Sequence record: OQ873415.1
From: Escherichia phage PECP20
Direction: 5' to 3' (one strand)
DNA: 64,000 bases
Part shown: piece by piece, positions 9,801 through 19,135 of the stretch
Layout of the letters: every line of letters starts with the position of its first letter
Position numbering within the stretch: position 1 is the stretch's first letter
The notes under the pieces: model-generated
Seen by the model: the letters and a program-made list of their open reading frames with translations, nothing else
The model's database searches: none
Told to the model about the DNA's origin: nothing
Translations under genes and position numbers: made by a program

Positions 9801-10713
9801 CGCTACAGATGGTGCCCGTGATACAGTATTTGAAGCGGGTGACGAAACTGGATACCATTTCTATTCTCAGCGCGCTTCTGATAATAAAGTATCATTTAAT
9901 ATTAATGGAACACTTTATTCAACAGGCATTGTTTCTACAAATGGATTAAACGTTACAGGTGTTTCTACCTTTACCGGGCCTATTAGTGCTACAGGCGAAA
10001 TTGTTTCTAGTTCTCCTATTGCATTCAGAGCTATTAACGGTAACTATGGTGTTATGCTTTATAATGCTGGTAACAGTTCTTATATTGCATTAACTAACTC
10101 AGGTGACCAGACCGGGACGTTTAATAACTTACGCCCGATCACGATTAACAATGCCACAGGCCTAGTTCGTCTTGACAACGGTGTTCAAATCACAAGTGGT
10201 GCAACAATAACTACCGGTGGGTTAACTGTAAATAACAGGATTATTTCTAACGGCGTTAAAACTGCCACGGTTTATACCGATAAACCAACAGCTTCTACTG
10301 TAGGTTTTTGGTCTATTGACATTAACGATTCTGCTGTATATAGCCAATTCCCTGGATACTGGACGCGTGATAACAAAGGTAACCGTGACCAAGAAATTAA
10401 ATATCCTGGTACTTTGACTCAATTTGGTAATAGCTTAGATTCGCTTTATCAGGATTGGATTTGTTATCCTACAGGTGCAAATGGTGGTAGTATTCGTTAT
10501 ACTCGTACCTGGCAGAAAAATAAAGATGCTTGGACTTCATTTGCAATGGTATTTGATAGTGGCAACCCACCTTCACCTAGCGATGTCGGTGCTATCCCGT
10601 CTGATAATGCTGTTATTGGAAACCTTACTATTCGAGACTTCTTACAATTAGGAAATGTGAGAATTGTTCCAGACCCGGTTAACAAAACAGTTAAATTTAT
10701 ATGGGTTGAATAA
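6880..10713 (+). CDS. 34: Long tail fibre proximal subunit gp34
   Basis: 1277 aa; late promoter TATAAATA at 6838-6845 and SD AAGAGGA upstream; internal ~36-40-aa repeats typical of T-even fibre proteins. Confidence 0.95.
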   Translation: MVDIKRKFRAEDGLDAGGDKIVNVALADRTVGTDGVNVDFLVQENTVQNYDDTRAYTKDFIVLYDNRFYQALSDIPAPAGPFSLAKWKATRTDAEWITVQGGDFQLSVGNSIAVDTSAGTDINFTLPKNPLNGDTVILSDIGGRVGYVKVQITAEAQSIVNFRGQQVRSVLMTHPKSKMVFIFSNRLWQMYVSDYERNAVTVTPAKPYQAQPNDFIIRRFTSAAPINITLPRNANNGDIINLVDLDKLNPLYHTIVKTYDDTTSIREAGVHVAEGRNTAEAFFVYDSANSLWRVWEGDQKSRLRIVRNDTDLRPNEEVLVFGTNNDTISTVNLTLPTDILSGDTVKISLNYMRKGQTVKIKAAEGDTIASSISLLQFPKRSEYPPDAQWVSVSELEFNGDTSYVPVLELAYIEDYSSETKYWVVQQNTVTVERVDASSNTTRARLGVIALASQAQANVDLENAPGKELAITPETLANRTATETRRGIARIATTAQVNQNTDFAFQDDLIISPKKLNERTATETRRGVAEVATQDETNAGIDDTTIITPKKLDARQGSEVLSGIVKYTSTTGTTAATVRGNAGTNVYNKAVDNLTISPKALDQYKATPTQQGAVILAIESEVIAGESQTGWANAVVTPETLHKKTSTDGRIGLIEIATQAETNTGTDYTRAVTPKTLNDRKATEGLSGIAEIATQVEFDTGTDDTRISSPLKIKTHFDSSDRTSVNSDSGLIEEGTLWNHYTLDISKANETQRGTLRVATQAESNAGTLDDVLITPKKLLGTKSTETSEGVIKVATQAETVTGTSANTAVSPKNLKWIVQDEPTWAATTAIRGFVKTSSGSITFVGDDTQGSTQDLNLYEKNSYAISPYELNRVLANYLPLKAKAVDSNLLDGLDSLQFIRRDIDQTVNGSLSLTKQTNLSAPLVSTSTASFGSEASVTRRLTLNDSSGSEIVFTKGTQSLSNKENFVVRAWGNSATDGARDTVFEAGDETGYHFYSQRASDNKVSFNINGTLYSTGIVSTNGLNVTGVSTFTGPISATGEIVSSSPIAFRAINGNYGVMLYNAGNSSYIALTNSGDQTGTFNNLRPITINNATGLVRLDNGVQITSGATITTGGLTVNNRIISNGVKTATVYTDKPTASTVGFWSIDINDSAVYSQFPGYWTRDNKGNRDQEIKYPGTLTQFGNSLDSLYQDWICYPTGANGGSIRYTRTWQKNKDAWTSFAMVFDSGNPPSPSDVGAIPSDNAVIGNLTIRDFLQLGNVRIVPDPVNKTVKFIWVE
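8287..9324 (+). repeat. In-frame tandem repeats (~8 units of 36-40 aa) inside gene 34
   Basis: Recurring units I(T/S)PK.L...(T/S)TE..(R/S)G(I/V)A.(I/V)ATQ.E.N.GTD; DNA-level near-identity e.g. cgtacagcaactgaaac at 8311-8327 and 8431-8447. Confidence 0.8.
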
Positions 10714-10721
10714 GAGGTTAT

Positions 10722-11846
10722 ATGGAAAAATTTATGGCAAGGTTTGGACAGGGATACGTCCAAACGCCGTTTTTATCGGAAAGCAATTCAGTTAGATTTA
10801 AGCTAAGTATAGCGGGTTCATGCCCGCTTTCAACAACTAATCCGTATATTTTGTTCCAAAACGAGCCTTTAGGGTTGCAGTCTTTTGGTATTGGACTAAA
10901 TGTTAGGGTGATAAATCCGGAAAATGGAACTATAGTTGATAGTAAATTATACAATTTTGCGCCTACAAATAATGCAACTTCAGCTGCATTTATTTCGTTT
11001 GTTAATACATACGCGGATAATTTCATTTTCGCATTTATTTCTAATAACAAATTTAATTTGCCACCAGAAATAATTGAATGGTTTAAAGCTGCTGGGAGTT
11101 CAGTTATACCGTCAATTGAAGTTGCTAGTCTTGTTGATATTTCATATTCAGCGTTTTATGTTTCAGGTAAAAATACTATTGCATTAGAACACATAAAATA
11201 CAGTAATAAGAAAACAATTTCTGATTACGCAACCCCATTAGATATTGTATATGACTCTATTGCTGATATAGGTGCTACCGGCTATCCTAGACGTACATAT
11301 GAAGCTTTAGAAACGTTTTTATCTCCTGTTGGAGGAACTAACAATGAAATAAAAAGGATGCCTACGTCATCCCTTGTTACTCCTATCGCAAACTATGGAT
11401 TAAAGCCTGCAGATTTTCTTTATTTGAAATTTCAATTAATGGCTGATGAAGAATTATTAGAGGAAGGAACCACAAGACTTTCAATTCGTTTCTTTAAGTC
11501 TCCATCTAGCTCTCCTATATCATCTAAAGATATAAACTTTGATGGAACTGCCGGGGAGTGGAAGTTATATGAAGAATACGTTGAAATACCAGCTGAAGCT
11601 GATGGCTTTACAGTATATTGTTACCGTACGGCCTCAGTCGGTCAAGGTGGACTAAGAAATGTTATTTTCACTGAAGTATCATGTAACGGAAGTATAGCAA
11701 AACCCGCCGAGTTTGGCCTAAACGGTATTCGTGCTAATTACATCGATGAATCATTAATCGGTAATGATATAATGGACTTGCCTACCCAGTTATCTAACGA
11801 CACAGGTAAGGTATTTGGGCAGGAATTTAAAGAGTACACAGAATAA
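10722..11846 (+). CDS. 35: Long tail fibre hinge connector gp35
   Basis: 374 aa (T4 gp35 372 aa); follows gene 34 with 8-nt spacer. Confidence 0.85.
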   Translation: MEKFMARFGQGYVQTPFLSESNSVRFKLSIAGSCPLSTTNPYILFQNEPLGLQSFGIGLNVRVINPENGTIVDSKLYNFAPTNNATSAAFISFVNTYADNFIFAFISNNKFNLPPEIIEWFKAAGSSVIPSIEVASLVDISYSAFYVSGKNTIALEHIKYSNKKTISDYATPLDIVYDSIADIGATGYPRRTYEALETFLSPVGGTNNEIKRMPTSSLVTPIANYGLKPADFLYLKFQLMADEELLEEGTTRLSIRFFKSPSSSPISSKDINFDGTAGEWKLYEEYVEIPAEADGFTVYCYRTASVGQGGLRNVIFTEVSCNGSIAKPAEFGLNGIRANYIDESLIGNDIMDLPTQLSNDTGKVFGQEFKEYTE

Positions 11847-11865
11847 AGGAGACTTCGGTCTCCTT
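11846..11865 (+). terminator. Stem-loop/terminator after gene 35
   Basis: AAGGAGAC-TTCG-GTCTCCTT followed by TT; directly followed by gene 36 late promoter. Confidence 0.55.
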
Positions 11866-11871
11866 TTCGCG

Positions 11872-11879
11872 TATAAATA
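11872..11879 (+). promoter_or_regulatory. Late promoter TATAAATA for gene 36
   Basis: Exact TATAAATA immediately after terminator hairpin and 27 nt upstream of gene 36 ATG. Confidence 0.7.
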
Positions 11880-11905
11880 CTTTAATATTAATAAGGAGAC
11901 ACGAA

Positions 11906-12562
11906 ATGGCCGATTTAAAAGCCGGAAGTACAGTTGGTGGTTCCGTCATATGGCATCAAGGCAATTTTCCTTTAATGCCAGCTGGCGATGACATCCTATA
12001 TAAAACATTTAAATTATACACCGAATATAACAAGCCAAAAGCGGCTGATAACGATTTCGTATCTAAAGCAAACGGTGGGACATATCTCAAAAAGGTAATC
12101 TTTAACGAAGGTGTTGCAGTCAAAACAGCAGATGACCAAACGAATGGTATTTTTTCTGGTGGTGGTGACGCCGCGACATTCGACCAAACAAACATGGATA
12201 TTGTTTCGTGGTATGGTATTGGGTTTAAATCATCTCAAGGTACAGGTGAAAGAACCGCTGTAATTGATACTCGCACCGGTAATATAAGTTCTAAAGGCGT
12301 TATTGAAGCATCTCAATTCAGAGCCACAACGTTAGCACCTTTAAATAATTACGACCTTACTCGCAAAGATTATGTTGATAGTCAAATAAATACAGTTAAT
12401 GCTAATGCAAACAGTCGTGTACTCCGTTCAGGAGATACGATGACCGGCGCGCTAACCGCCCCAAACTTTTTCTCACAGAATCCTGCATCTCAACCCTCGC
12501 ATGTTCCACGATTTGACCAAATTGTTATTAAGGATTCTGTTCAAGATTTCGGCTATTATTAA
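11906..12562 (+). CDS. 36: Long tail fibre distal connector gp36
   Basis: 218 aa (T4 gp36 221 aa); own late promoter TATAAATA at 11872-11879. Confidence 0.85.
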   Translation: MADLKAGSTVGGSVIWHQGNFPLMPAGDDILYKTFKLYTEYNKPKAADNDFVSKANGGTYLKKVIFNEGVAVKTADDQTNGIFSGGGDAATFDQTNMDIVSWYGIGFKSSQGTGERTAVIDTRTGNISSKGVIEASQFRATTLAPLNNYDLTRKDYVDSQINTVNANANSRVLRSGDTMTGALTAPNFFSQNPASQPSHVPRFDQIVIKDSVQDFGYY

Positions 12563-12570
12563 GAGGACTT

Positions 12571-15500
12571 ATGGCTACTTTAAAACAAATACAATTTAAA
12601 AGAAGCAAAACTGCAGGAGCACGTCCTGCCGCTTCAGTATTAGCCGAAGGTGAATTGGCTATAAACTTAAAAGACCGTGTACTTTTTACTAAAGATGACC
12701 AAGGAAATATTATTGATCTAGGTTTTGCTAAAGGTGGTAGTATTGACGGGAATGTTATTCATACTGGCAATTACAACCAAACTGGTGATTATACTTTAAA
12801 TGGCGTCTTCACACAGACGGGTAATTTTAATTTAACTGGTATTGCTCGAGTAACTCGCGATATTATTGCCGCCGGGCAGATTATGACTGAAGGCGGTGAA
12901 CTTATTACAAAAAGTTCAGGCACAGCACATGTTCGTTTTTTCGATAACAATAGTCGCGAACGCGGAATCATTTATGCCCCGGCTAATGATGGTTTAACTA
13001 CACAAGTACTTAATATCAGGGTTCAAGACTATGCCGCTGGTAGCGAAAGCACTTATGCATTTTCAGGCAGTGGACTATTTACTTCACCTGAAGTATCAGC
13101 ATGGAAATCTATTTCGTCTCCACAAATTCTAACCAACAAAGTCATTACTAATAATAAATCTACGGGTGATTATGACATCTATTCGATGGCAGACAATGTT
13201 CCATTGTCTGAAAGCACTACTGCTATTAATCATCTTCGTGTCATGCGTAATGCCGTTGGTTCTGGTATTTTCCATGAAGTTAAAGATAATGATGGAATAA
13301 CTTGGTATAGTGGAGATGGATTAGATGCTTATCTTTGGTCATTTACCTGGAGCGGCGGAATTAAATCAAGTCACTCAATTTCTATCGGTTTAACACCAGG
13401 TAATAAAGATTATTCAATATTAGGACCATCTAGCATTGCTTTAGGAGATAATGATACTGGATTTAAATGGCATCAAGACGGATATTATTTCAGCGTTAAT
13501 AATGGAACAAAAACGTTTTTATTTAATCCTAGCGAAACAACTAGCCTAAGAAAATTTGTAGCTGGATATTCTACTAATGGAACCGATTTAACTACTCCTC
13601 CAACTGAAAACTATGCTCTTGCTACTGTTGTGACATATCACGATAATAACGCGTTTGGAGATGGTCAGACTCTTTTGGGATATTATCAAGGCGGTAACTA
13701 TCATCATTATTTCCGCGGCAAGGGTACTACAAACATTAATACTCACGGCGGTTTGTTAGTTACTCCTGGTAATATTGACGTTATTGGCGGTTCTGTAAAT
13801 ATAGATGGTAGAAATAATTCTTCTACACTAATGTTTAGAGGCAACACAACAGGATACAGCTCGGTTGATAATATGGATATTAAAGTTTGGGGTAATACGT
13901 TTGTTGATCCAAGCGGAGGTATCCGTAAAAACATTATGGAAATTTCTGATGCAACTAGCTGGATGAGCTATATTCAAAGACTTACTACTGGCGAAGTAGA
14001 AATGAACGTTAATGGTTCATTTGAATCATCTGGTGTTACTGCTGGAGATAGAGGAGTTCACACAACAGGTGAAATTTCATCTGGAGCAATGAATGCACTT
14101 CGCATTTGGAATGCAGATTATGGAGCCATTTTTAGACGTTCAGAAGGTAGTCTTCATATTATTCCAACTGCTTACGGTGAAGGCAAAAATGGTGATATCG
14201 GTCCACTTCGCCCGTTTAGTATGGCTTTAGATACCGGTAAAGTTACTATTCCAGATTTACAATCAAGTTACAATACGTTCGCAGCGAACGGCTATATTAA
14301 ATTTGTTGGTCATGGCGCTGGCGCAGGTGGATATGATATTCAATATGCCCAAGCGGCTCCTATTTTCCAGGAAATTGATGATGATGCTGTAAGCAAATAT
14401 TATCCTATTGTTAAACAGAAGTTTTTAAATGGTAAAGCCGTTTGGTCTTTAGGTACTGAAATTAATTCGGGTACATTCGTTATTCATCATCTGAAAGAAG
14501 ATGGATCACAAGGCCATACGTCTCGTTTTAATCAAGACGGTACTGTTAACTTCCCAGATAACGTTTCTGTTGGCGGCGGTGAAGCTACTATTGCTCGCAA
14601 TGGTAATATCTGGTCTGATATCTGGAAAACGTTTACTTCTGCCGGTGATACTACAAATATTCGCGATGCTATTGCGACTCGTGTTTCGAAAGAAGGCGAC
14701 ACGATGACCGGCACTCTTTGGATTAATAAAGATGCCGCTGGAATAGTTCTTAATCCTCCTTTGACCAGTGATTCATCATTTATTCGTTCTGATACGGCCG
14801 GGGCCAATAATTGGTATATTGGTAAAGGCGGTGCCGACAATGGTCTAGGTTTTTACAGTTATGTTACACAAGGCGGTGTATATATAACAAATAACGGAGA
14901 AATATCACTTTCTCCTCAAGGCCAAGGAACATTTAATTTTAATAGAGACCGCCTCCATATAAACGGTACACAATGGGCCGCACACCAGGGCGGTGGTTGG
15001 GGAAATCAATGGAATCAAGAAGCACCGGTATTTGTAGATTTTGGTAATGTTGGTAATGATAGTTATTATCCTATTATTAAAGGAAAATCCGGTATTACTA
15101 ATGAAGGATACATATCTGGTGTAGATTTTGGTATGCGACGCATTACTAATACATGGGCACAAGGTATTATTCGTGTAGGTAATCAGGAAAACGGTTACGA
15201 CCCACAAGCTGTATATGAATTCCATCATAACGGTACTTTTTATGCTCCAAGCTTACTTAAGAGCAGTAGAGTATCAGCTGGTGGTGGTGACCCTGCATGG
15301 GGCGGGCCGTGTATTGTACTTGGAGATAACGATACCGGTTTGCTTTGGGAAAACGATGGTATTTTCAACGCATATGCAAACGGCCAAGGTGTGTTTAGTT
15401 TTAGACCTGGTTTAGCTCAGACATTCGGTGATGTTAACTTCCACTGTAATGCAGGTATGTATGTTCGTGATAACATTGATGTTAATGACGTTTATATTCG

Positions 15501-15822
15501 TTCTGATATTCGTTGTAAGTCGGAAATTAAGCTTATTAAGAACGCTCAAGAGAAATCTAAACTATTGGGCGGTTATACTTATCTGCTTAAAAACTCTGTT
15601 ACAGACGAAGTTAAACCGTCCGCAGGTTTAATTGCTCAGGAAGTTCAAGAAGTATTACCTGAACTTGTTTCTGAAGATAAAGAGACCGGACTGCTTCGTT
15701 TGAACTATAACGGTATTATTGGTTTAAATACAGCTGCAATAAACGAGCATACAGATGAAATCAAGGAATTGAAATCTGAAATTACCGAATTGAAAGCATT
15801 AATTAAATCATTGATAAAATAA
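12571..15822 (+). CDS. 37: Long tail fibre distal subunit gp37 with C-terminal intramolecular chaperone (peptidase S74-like) domain
   Basis: 1083 aa; N-terminus MATLKQIQFKRSKTAGARPAASVLAEGELAINL typical of gp37/gp12 family; C-terminal SDIRCK motif and coiled-coil tail resembling auto-cleaving chaperone domains. Confidence 0.9.
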   Translation: MATLKQIQFKRSKTAGARPAASVLAEGELAINLKDRVLFTKDDQGNIIDLGFAKGGSIDGNVIHTGNYNQTGDYTLNGVFTQTGNFNLTGIARVTRDIIAAGQIMTEGGELITKSSGTAHVRFFDNNSRERGIIYAPANDGLTTQVLNIRVQDYAAGSESTYAFSGSGLFTSPEVSAWKSISSPQILTNKVITNNKSTGDYDIYSMADNVPLSESTTAINHLRVMRNAVGSGIFHEVKDNDGITWYSGDGLDAYLWSFTWSGGIKSSHSISIGLTPGNKDYSILGPSSIALGDNDTGFKWHQDGYYFSVNNGTKTFLFNPSETTSLRKFVAGYSTNGTDLTTPPTENYALATVVTYHDNNAFGDGQTLLGYYQGGNYHHYFRGKGTTNINTHGGLLVTPGNIDVIGGSVNIDGRNNSSTLMFRGNTTGYSSVDNMDIKVWGNTFVDPSGGIRKNIMEISDATSWMSYIQRLTTGEVEMNVNGSFESSGVTAGDRGVHTTGEISSGAMNALRIWNADYGAIFRRSEGSLHIIPTAYGEGKNGDIGPLRPFSMALDTGKVTIPDLQSSYNTFAANGYIKFVGHGAGAGGYDIQYAQAAPIFQEIDDDAVSKYYPIVKQKFLNGKAVWSLGTEINSGTFVIHHLKEDGSQGHTSRFNQDGTVNFPDNVSVGGGEATIARNGNIWSDIWKTFTSAGDTTNIRDAIATRVSKEGDTMTGTLWINKDAAGIVLNPPLTSDSSFIRSDTAGANNWYIGKGGADNGLGFYSYVTQGGVYITNNGEISLSPQGQGTFNFNRDRLHINGTQWAAHQGGGWGNQWNQEAPVFVDFGNVGNDSYYPIIKGKSGITNEGYISGVDFGMRRITNTWAQGIIRVGNQENGYDPQAVYEFHHNGTFYAPSLLKSSRVSAGGGDPAWGGPCIVLGDNDTGLLWENDGIFNAYANGQGVFSFRPGLAQTFGDVNFHCNAGMYVRDNIDVNDVYIRSDIRCKSEIKLIKNAQEKSKLLGGYTYLLKNSVTDEVKPSAGLIAQEVQEVLPELVSEDKETGLLRLNYNGIIGLNTAAINEHTDEIKELKSEITELKALIKSLIK

Positions 15823-15827
15823 TAAAA

Positions 15828-15841
15828 GGGCCTTCGGGCCC
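15828..15841 (+). terminator. GC stem-loop between genes 37 and 38 (no U-tract; possible RNA stabiliser or weak terminator)
   Basis: GGGCC-TTCG-GGCCC 5 nt after gene 37 stop, followed by SD GGAGG of gene 38. Confidence 0.4.
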
Positions 15842-15852
15842 TGGAGGTTTAT

Positions 15853-16632
15853 ATGGCAGTAGTAGGAATCCCTGGTTGGATTGGGACTTCAGCCGTTGCT
15901 GAAACGGGACAAAGATGGATGACGGCTGCTTCAAGGGAACTTCGTTTAGGAAACCCTTCATGGATGTCCCAATTCGCGGGCCGTTCAAGAGAAATAATTC
16001 ACACACTTGGAGCAGACCATAACTTCAACGGTCAATGGTTCCGAGATAGATGTTTTGAGGCAGGTAGTGCACCTATAGTGTTTAATATCACCGGAAATTT
16101 GGTATCATATAGTAAAGATGTTCCATTATTCTTTATGTATGGCGATACGCCAAATGAATATGTTACTTTGAATATTCATGGTGGAGTTCATATGTGGGGA
16201 CGAGGTGGTAACGGTACTGTAAACGGAAACCCAGGCACTAATGGTGGCGATGTAATCCAAAATGATATCGGCGGAAGACTTCGTATTTGGAACTATGGTG
16301 TTATTGCATCAGGCGGTGGCGGAGGTGGTGCAGTGTCATTACAGAATAGCTGGGCGCCAAATGCTACAGCAGGTGGCGGTGGTGGTAGACCATTTGGCAT
16401 CGGCGGAGGTGGAGTTAATTGGCCGGGTGGTAATGCTAGTTATGACGCCCCGGGCGGGGCCGGTTACACTTCCCAATTCGGCGGAGGCAATGGCGGTGAT
16501 GCTGGAGGTCGTGGCGGAGATGGATGGGGTAATCACTTATCTAGATCTGGCGGTGGTGCTCCTGGCAGAGCAGTATTCGGAAGTTCACCGTCATGGGGTG
16601 CTACAGGCACAATCTACGGCTCCTGGATTTAA
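15853..16632 (+). CDS. 38: Tail fibre adhesin gp38, T2-type with glycine-rich motifs
   Basis: 259 aa; conserved N-terminus [11 protein letters not shown]...[46 protein letters not shown] followed by poly-Gly motifs and C-terminal GSWI, as recalled for T2/T6 gp38. Confidence 0.85.
   Translation: MAVVGIPGWIGTSAVAETGQRWMTAASRELRLGNPSWMSQFAGRSREIIHTLGADHNFNGQWFRDRCFEAGSAPIVFNITGNLVSYSKDVPLFFMYGDTPNEYVTLNIHGGVHMWGRGGNGTVNGNPGTNGGDVIQNDIGGRLRIWNYGVIASGGGGGGAVSLQNSWAPNATAGGGGGRPFGIGGGGVNWPGGNASYDAPGGAGYTSQFGGGNGGDAGGRGGDGWGNHLSRSGGGAPGRAVFGSSPSWGATGTIYGSWI
16192..16560 (+). repeat. Glycine-rich motif region of gp38 adhesin (poly-GGN/GGT codon runs)
   Basis: Protein segments [36 protein letters not shown] separated by short variable segments. 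Confidence 0.8.
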
Positions 16633-16650
16633 ACGATAATACCTCTCAAT

Positions 16651-16658
16651 TATAAATA
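16651..16658 (+). promoter_or_regulatory. Late promoter TATAAATA for holin gene t
   Basis: Exact TATAAATA 20 nt upstream of ATG 16678, SD GGGAGG. Confidence 0.7.
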
Positions 16659-16677
16659 TTGATAAATGGGAGGTAAT

Positions 16678-17337
16678 ATGGCAGCACCAAAAGTATCATT
16701 TTCGCCTAGTGATATTTTATTTGGGTTGCTAGACCGCATTTTCAAAGATAACGCCTCTGGAAATATTCTTATTTCAAGAGTTGCTGTTGTAGTTCTTTTG
16801 TTCCTAATGGCACTAATATGGTACAAAGGGAATATTTTTATGGATTATTACGTGAGGTCGAAATATGATACTTACACAGAAGTAATTCAAAAAGAAAGAA
16901 ATACACGATTTGAATCTGCGGCTTTAGAACAACTACAAATAGTCCACGTCACATCAAGGGCGGATTTTAGTTCGGTGTATTCTTTCAGACCTAAAAATCT
17001 AAATTATTTCGTCGACCTTATTGCGTATGAAGGTAAGTTACCTAGCACAGTAACTGAAAAATCTATGGGAGGATTTCCTGTTGATAAAACGACAGCAGAA
17101 TATTCGGTCCATTTAAGTGGACTTCACTTTACTTCTAAAACAGATTTTGCTTTCTTACCTACCAAATCAAAAACTCCGGAACTGGCGTATATGTATAGTT
17201 GTCCTTACTTCAATTTGGATAACATATATGCGGGAACTGTTTCTATGTATTGGTATAAGGGATCGGATGTGCTAAATGAAGAACGCTTGGCTGCAATATG
17301 CAACCAAGCAGCAAGGATATTAGGGCGGGCTAAATAA
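16678..17337 (+). CDS. t: Holin T
   Basis: ATG at 16678 gives 219 codons beginning MAAPKVSFSPSDILFGLLDRIFKDN, near-identical to T4 holin N-terminus as recalled; single TMD; late promoter at 16651-16658. Confidence 0.9.
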   Translation: MAAPKVSFSPSDILFGLLDRIFKDNASGNILISRVAVVVLLFLMALIWYKGNIFMDYYVRSKYDTYTEVIQKERNTRFESAALEQLQIVHVTSRADFSSVYSFRPKNLNYFVDLIAYEGKLPSTVTEKSMGGFPVDKTTAEYSVHLSGLHFTSKTDFAFLPTKSKTPELAYMYSCPYFNLDNIYAGTVSMYWYKGSDVLNEERLAAICNQAARILGRAK

Positions 17338-17610
17338 TTAGTTGTTAGAATACATCGTCAAATGGCGATAAATATTTTCAAAACCTTCATTGAATTCACT
17401 AATCAGTGTTTTCTTTTCTTCGGCAGTTAAATTTGTAATTAGTTTTCTGAACGAATTCTGATTTAGCTGCCGACCATCTTTTTTAATTCCAATCTCATTC
17501 AAGAATCCGATGAAATTTGCTCGGTCTTCAACAATATCTTCCCTAGAGAATTTAATCAAAATAGAAGCAATAGTAATAATTTCACGTACGATTTCAATGT
17601 CTTTATTCAT
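17338..17610 (-). CDS. asiA: Anti-sigma70 factor AsiA
   Basis: 90 aa; MNKDIEIVREIITIASILIKFSREDIVEDRANFIGFLNEIG matches T4 AsiA closely. Confidence 0.9.
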   Translation of the reverse strand: MNKDIEIVREIITIASILIKFSREDIVEDRANFIGFLNEIGIKKDGRQLNQNSFRKLITNLTAEEKKTLISEFNEGFENIYRHLTMYSNN

Positions 17611-17656
17611 AACGTTTTATTCATTCCACTTAATTGTTAGGAGTATAGTACCATTA

Positions 17657-17818
17657 TCAGTGTTGATTGTAAACGGCTTTTTCTACACTTTTAACGTAAT
17701 CAGTGTAGTCTTCCTGTTCGTACGAGTGTAAGGCCAAGAACGTGGCTAATAGTTCATTATAGACTAAAGCCTCACGCTCACGTTCTGCCTCTACTACGTT
17801 CTGAAGATTATGGCTCAT
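17657..17818 (-). CDS. hypothetical small acidic protein
   Basis: ORF track 17657..17872 trimmed to internal ATG abutting upstream stop; overlaps asiA early promoter region. Confidence 0.3.
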   Translation of the reverse strand: MSHNLQNVVEAEREREALVYNELLATFLALHSYEQEDYTDYVKSVEKAVYNQH

Positions 17819-17819
17819 A

Positions 17820-18107
17820 TCATTCCTTATAACTATCAATGTAGTCCTGTATGTCAAAGAACGACATTTCATATTCTAGGACATTAAGAGCCCGTTCTTC
17901 AGTATAGTCAGAACCAAAGACGATAGTGATTTCACCAGGCTTCATATGATTGAAATCAACGCTAAAAGGAATACGAGAACATACTTCGTCTGCCATATCT
18001 ACGATAACACTACGACACACTTCTCGGTTAACCTGATAAAGCTCTGCAAGTTCTTCACAACGAATAACAAGTTCAGTGGCAGGATTTTCTTTGATTTTAG
18101 TAAACAT
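17820..18107 (-). CDS. arn: putative anti-restriction protein Arn-like (acidic small protein)
   Basis: ATG at 18107 gives 95 aa (T4 Arn 92 aa); highly acidic C-terminal half; position between asiA and motA as in T4. Confidence 0.4.
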   Translation of the reverse strand: MFTKIKENPATELVIRCEELAELYQVNREVCRSVIVDMADEVCSRIPFSVDFNHMKPGEITIVFGSDYTEERALNVLEYEMSFFDIQDYIDSYKE

Positions 18108-18190
18108 AGTCTTTACCCTTATGTTTTTGTTTACGCTTAGATTGAAGTTCTGATTTCTTCTTGTCCTTATGGACAGAAGCCTTATTGAAA

Positions 18191-18409
18191 TCATGTTTTG
18201 CTACAAGATTGTTCATAATGATTTATAACCTCGTTTAAACATTTGTCTGTGAAAGAAAACTTTTTAGCCACAGAACATTCGATAATGTGCTCTTTCAAAT
18301 CTTTAGAGTCAGTATAACCCATCTCAGTAATAAAGTGGCGAATTAAAGCTTTATTCTTATCATTAACAGAATTAAAATAATCTGCTTTAGAATCAATTAT
18401 TCTCATCAT
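18191..18409 (-). CDS. hypothetical protein (arn.x position)
   Basis: 72-aa ORF in tight overlapping array. Confidence 0.4.
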   Translation of the reverse strand: MMRIIDSKADYFNSVNDKNKALIRHFITEMGYTDSKDLKEHIIECSVAKKFSFTDKCLNEVINHYEQSCSKT

Positions 18410-18674
18410 CTAATTTCCTTAATTGATATTGCAACGAGCTAATAATTTCTTCGTTCATTTTAATATACATGTCACGCAAGAAAGGTTTTAACCCATCACG
18501 AATAATTGCTAACGTATCACCTTTACATAAATTAACCAAATAAGGATGATCTAAAGCGTCCCAACCAGGCTGATTAGCATACATACCATAGTTTTCTTCC
18601 ATCATATGATTAAGACGTTTGATATCTTGGATACGTGATTCAATAGCATCTTTCTGGAGTTGTTTAATATTCAT
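18393..18674 (-). CDS. hypothetical protein (arn.x position)
   Basis: 93-aa ORF; 1-nt overlap with next ORF. Confidence 0.4.
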   Translation of the reverse strand: MNIKQLQKDAIESRIQDIKRLNHMMEENYGMYANQPGWDALDHPYLVNLCKGDTLAIIRDGLKPFLRDMYIKMNEEIISSLQYQLRKLDDENN

Positions 18675-19135
18675 TAATAAAGGTCCTCTGAATAAAGTTC
18701 TTTCTCACTTCCGCCACGTTCAATACGTACCTGTCCAGCATACGTTGCAATAATCATTGCTTCTTCACGTGTCCAGTAATTAGAGTATTGGTCAATAAAG
18801 CCTTGGTCGTCACCACAAACTTGTTGCGAGACTAATTGAGGACCGACTATGTCAAGTACTTCAGCCATATCTTTAGAGTAATGACGAACTCCAGGAATAA
18901 CCAGAGTTCCACCACTCTTCAATTTAAACCTATTAGCTGCACATACTATAACACGTTGAACTTTTTGGTCATTGTTCCAATAGCACGTTTGCCAACAGAT
19001 TTCAGGAACTTCATTCATTATATCATCAGCAGAATAATTATAACCGTAGGACTGGAATTTTTCTGCTAGACTTTCAGGAGTCTCACGAGACAAGGCTAAA
19101 TCTAATAGCTCTAAACGTTCTTTAAATGATTTCAT
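18674..19135 (-). CDS. hypothetical protein (arn.x position)
   Basis: 153-aa ORF; ATGA overlap with upstream ORF. Confidence 0.45.
   Translation of the reverse strand: MKSFKERLELLDLALSRETPESLAEKFQSYGYNYSADDIMNEVPEICWQTCYWNNDQKVQRVIVCAANRFKLKSGGTLVIPGVRHYSKDMAEVLDIVGPQLVSQQVCGDDQGFIDQYSNYWTREEAMIIATYAGQVRIERGGSEKELYSEDLY

Noticed and set aside
16192-16560. Short GGT/GGC-rich direct repeats that could be mistaken for a repeat array
   Set aside because: They are in-frame glycine codon runs of the gp38 adhesin; no regular repeat-spacer periodicity, so not CRISPR.
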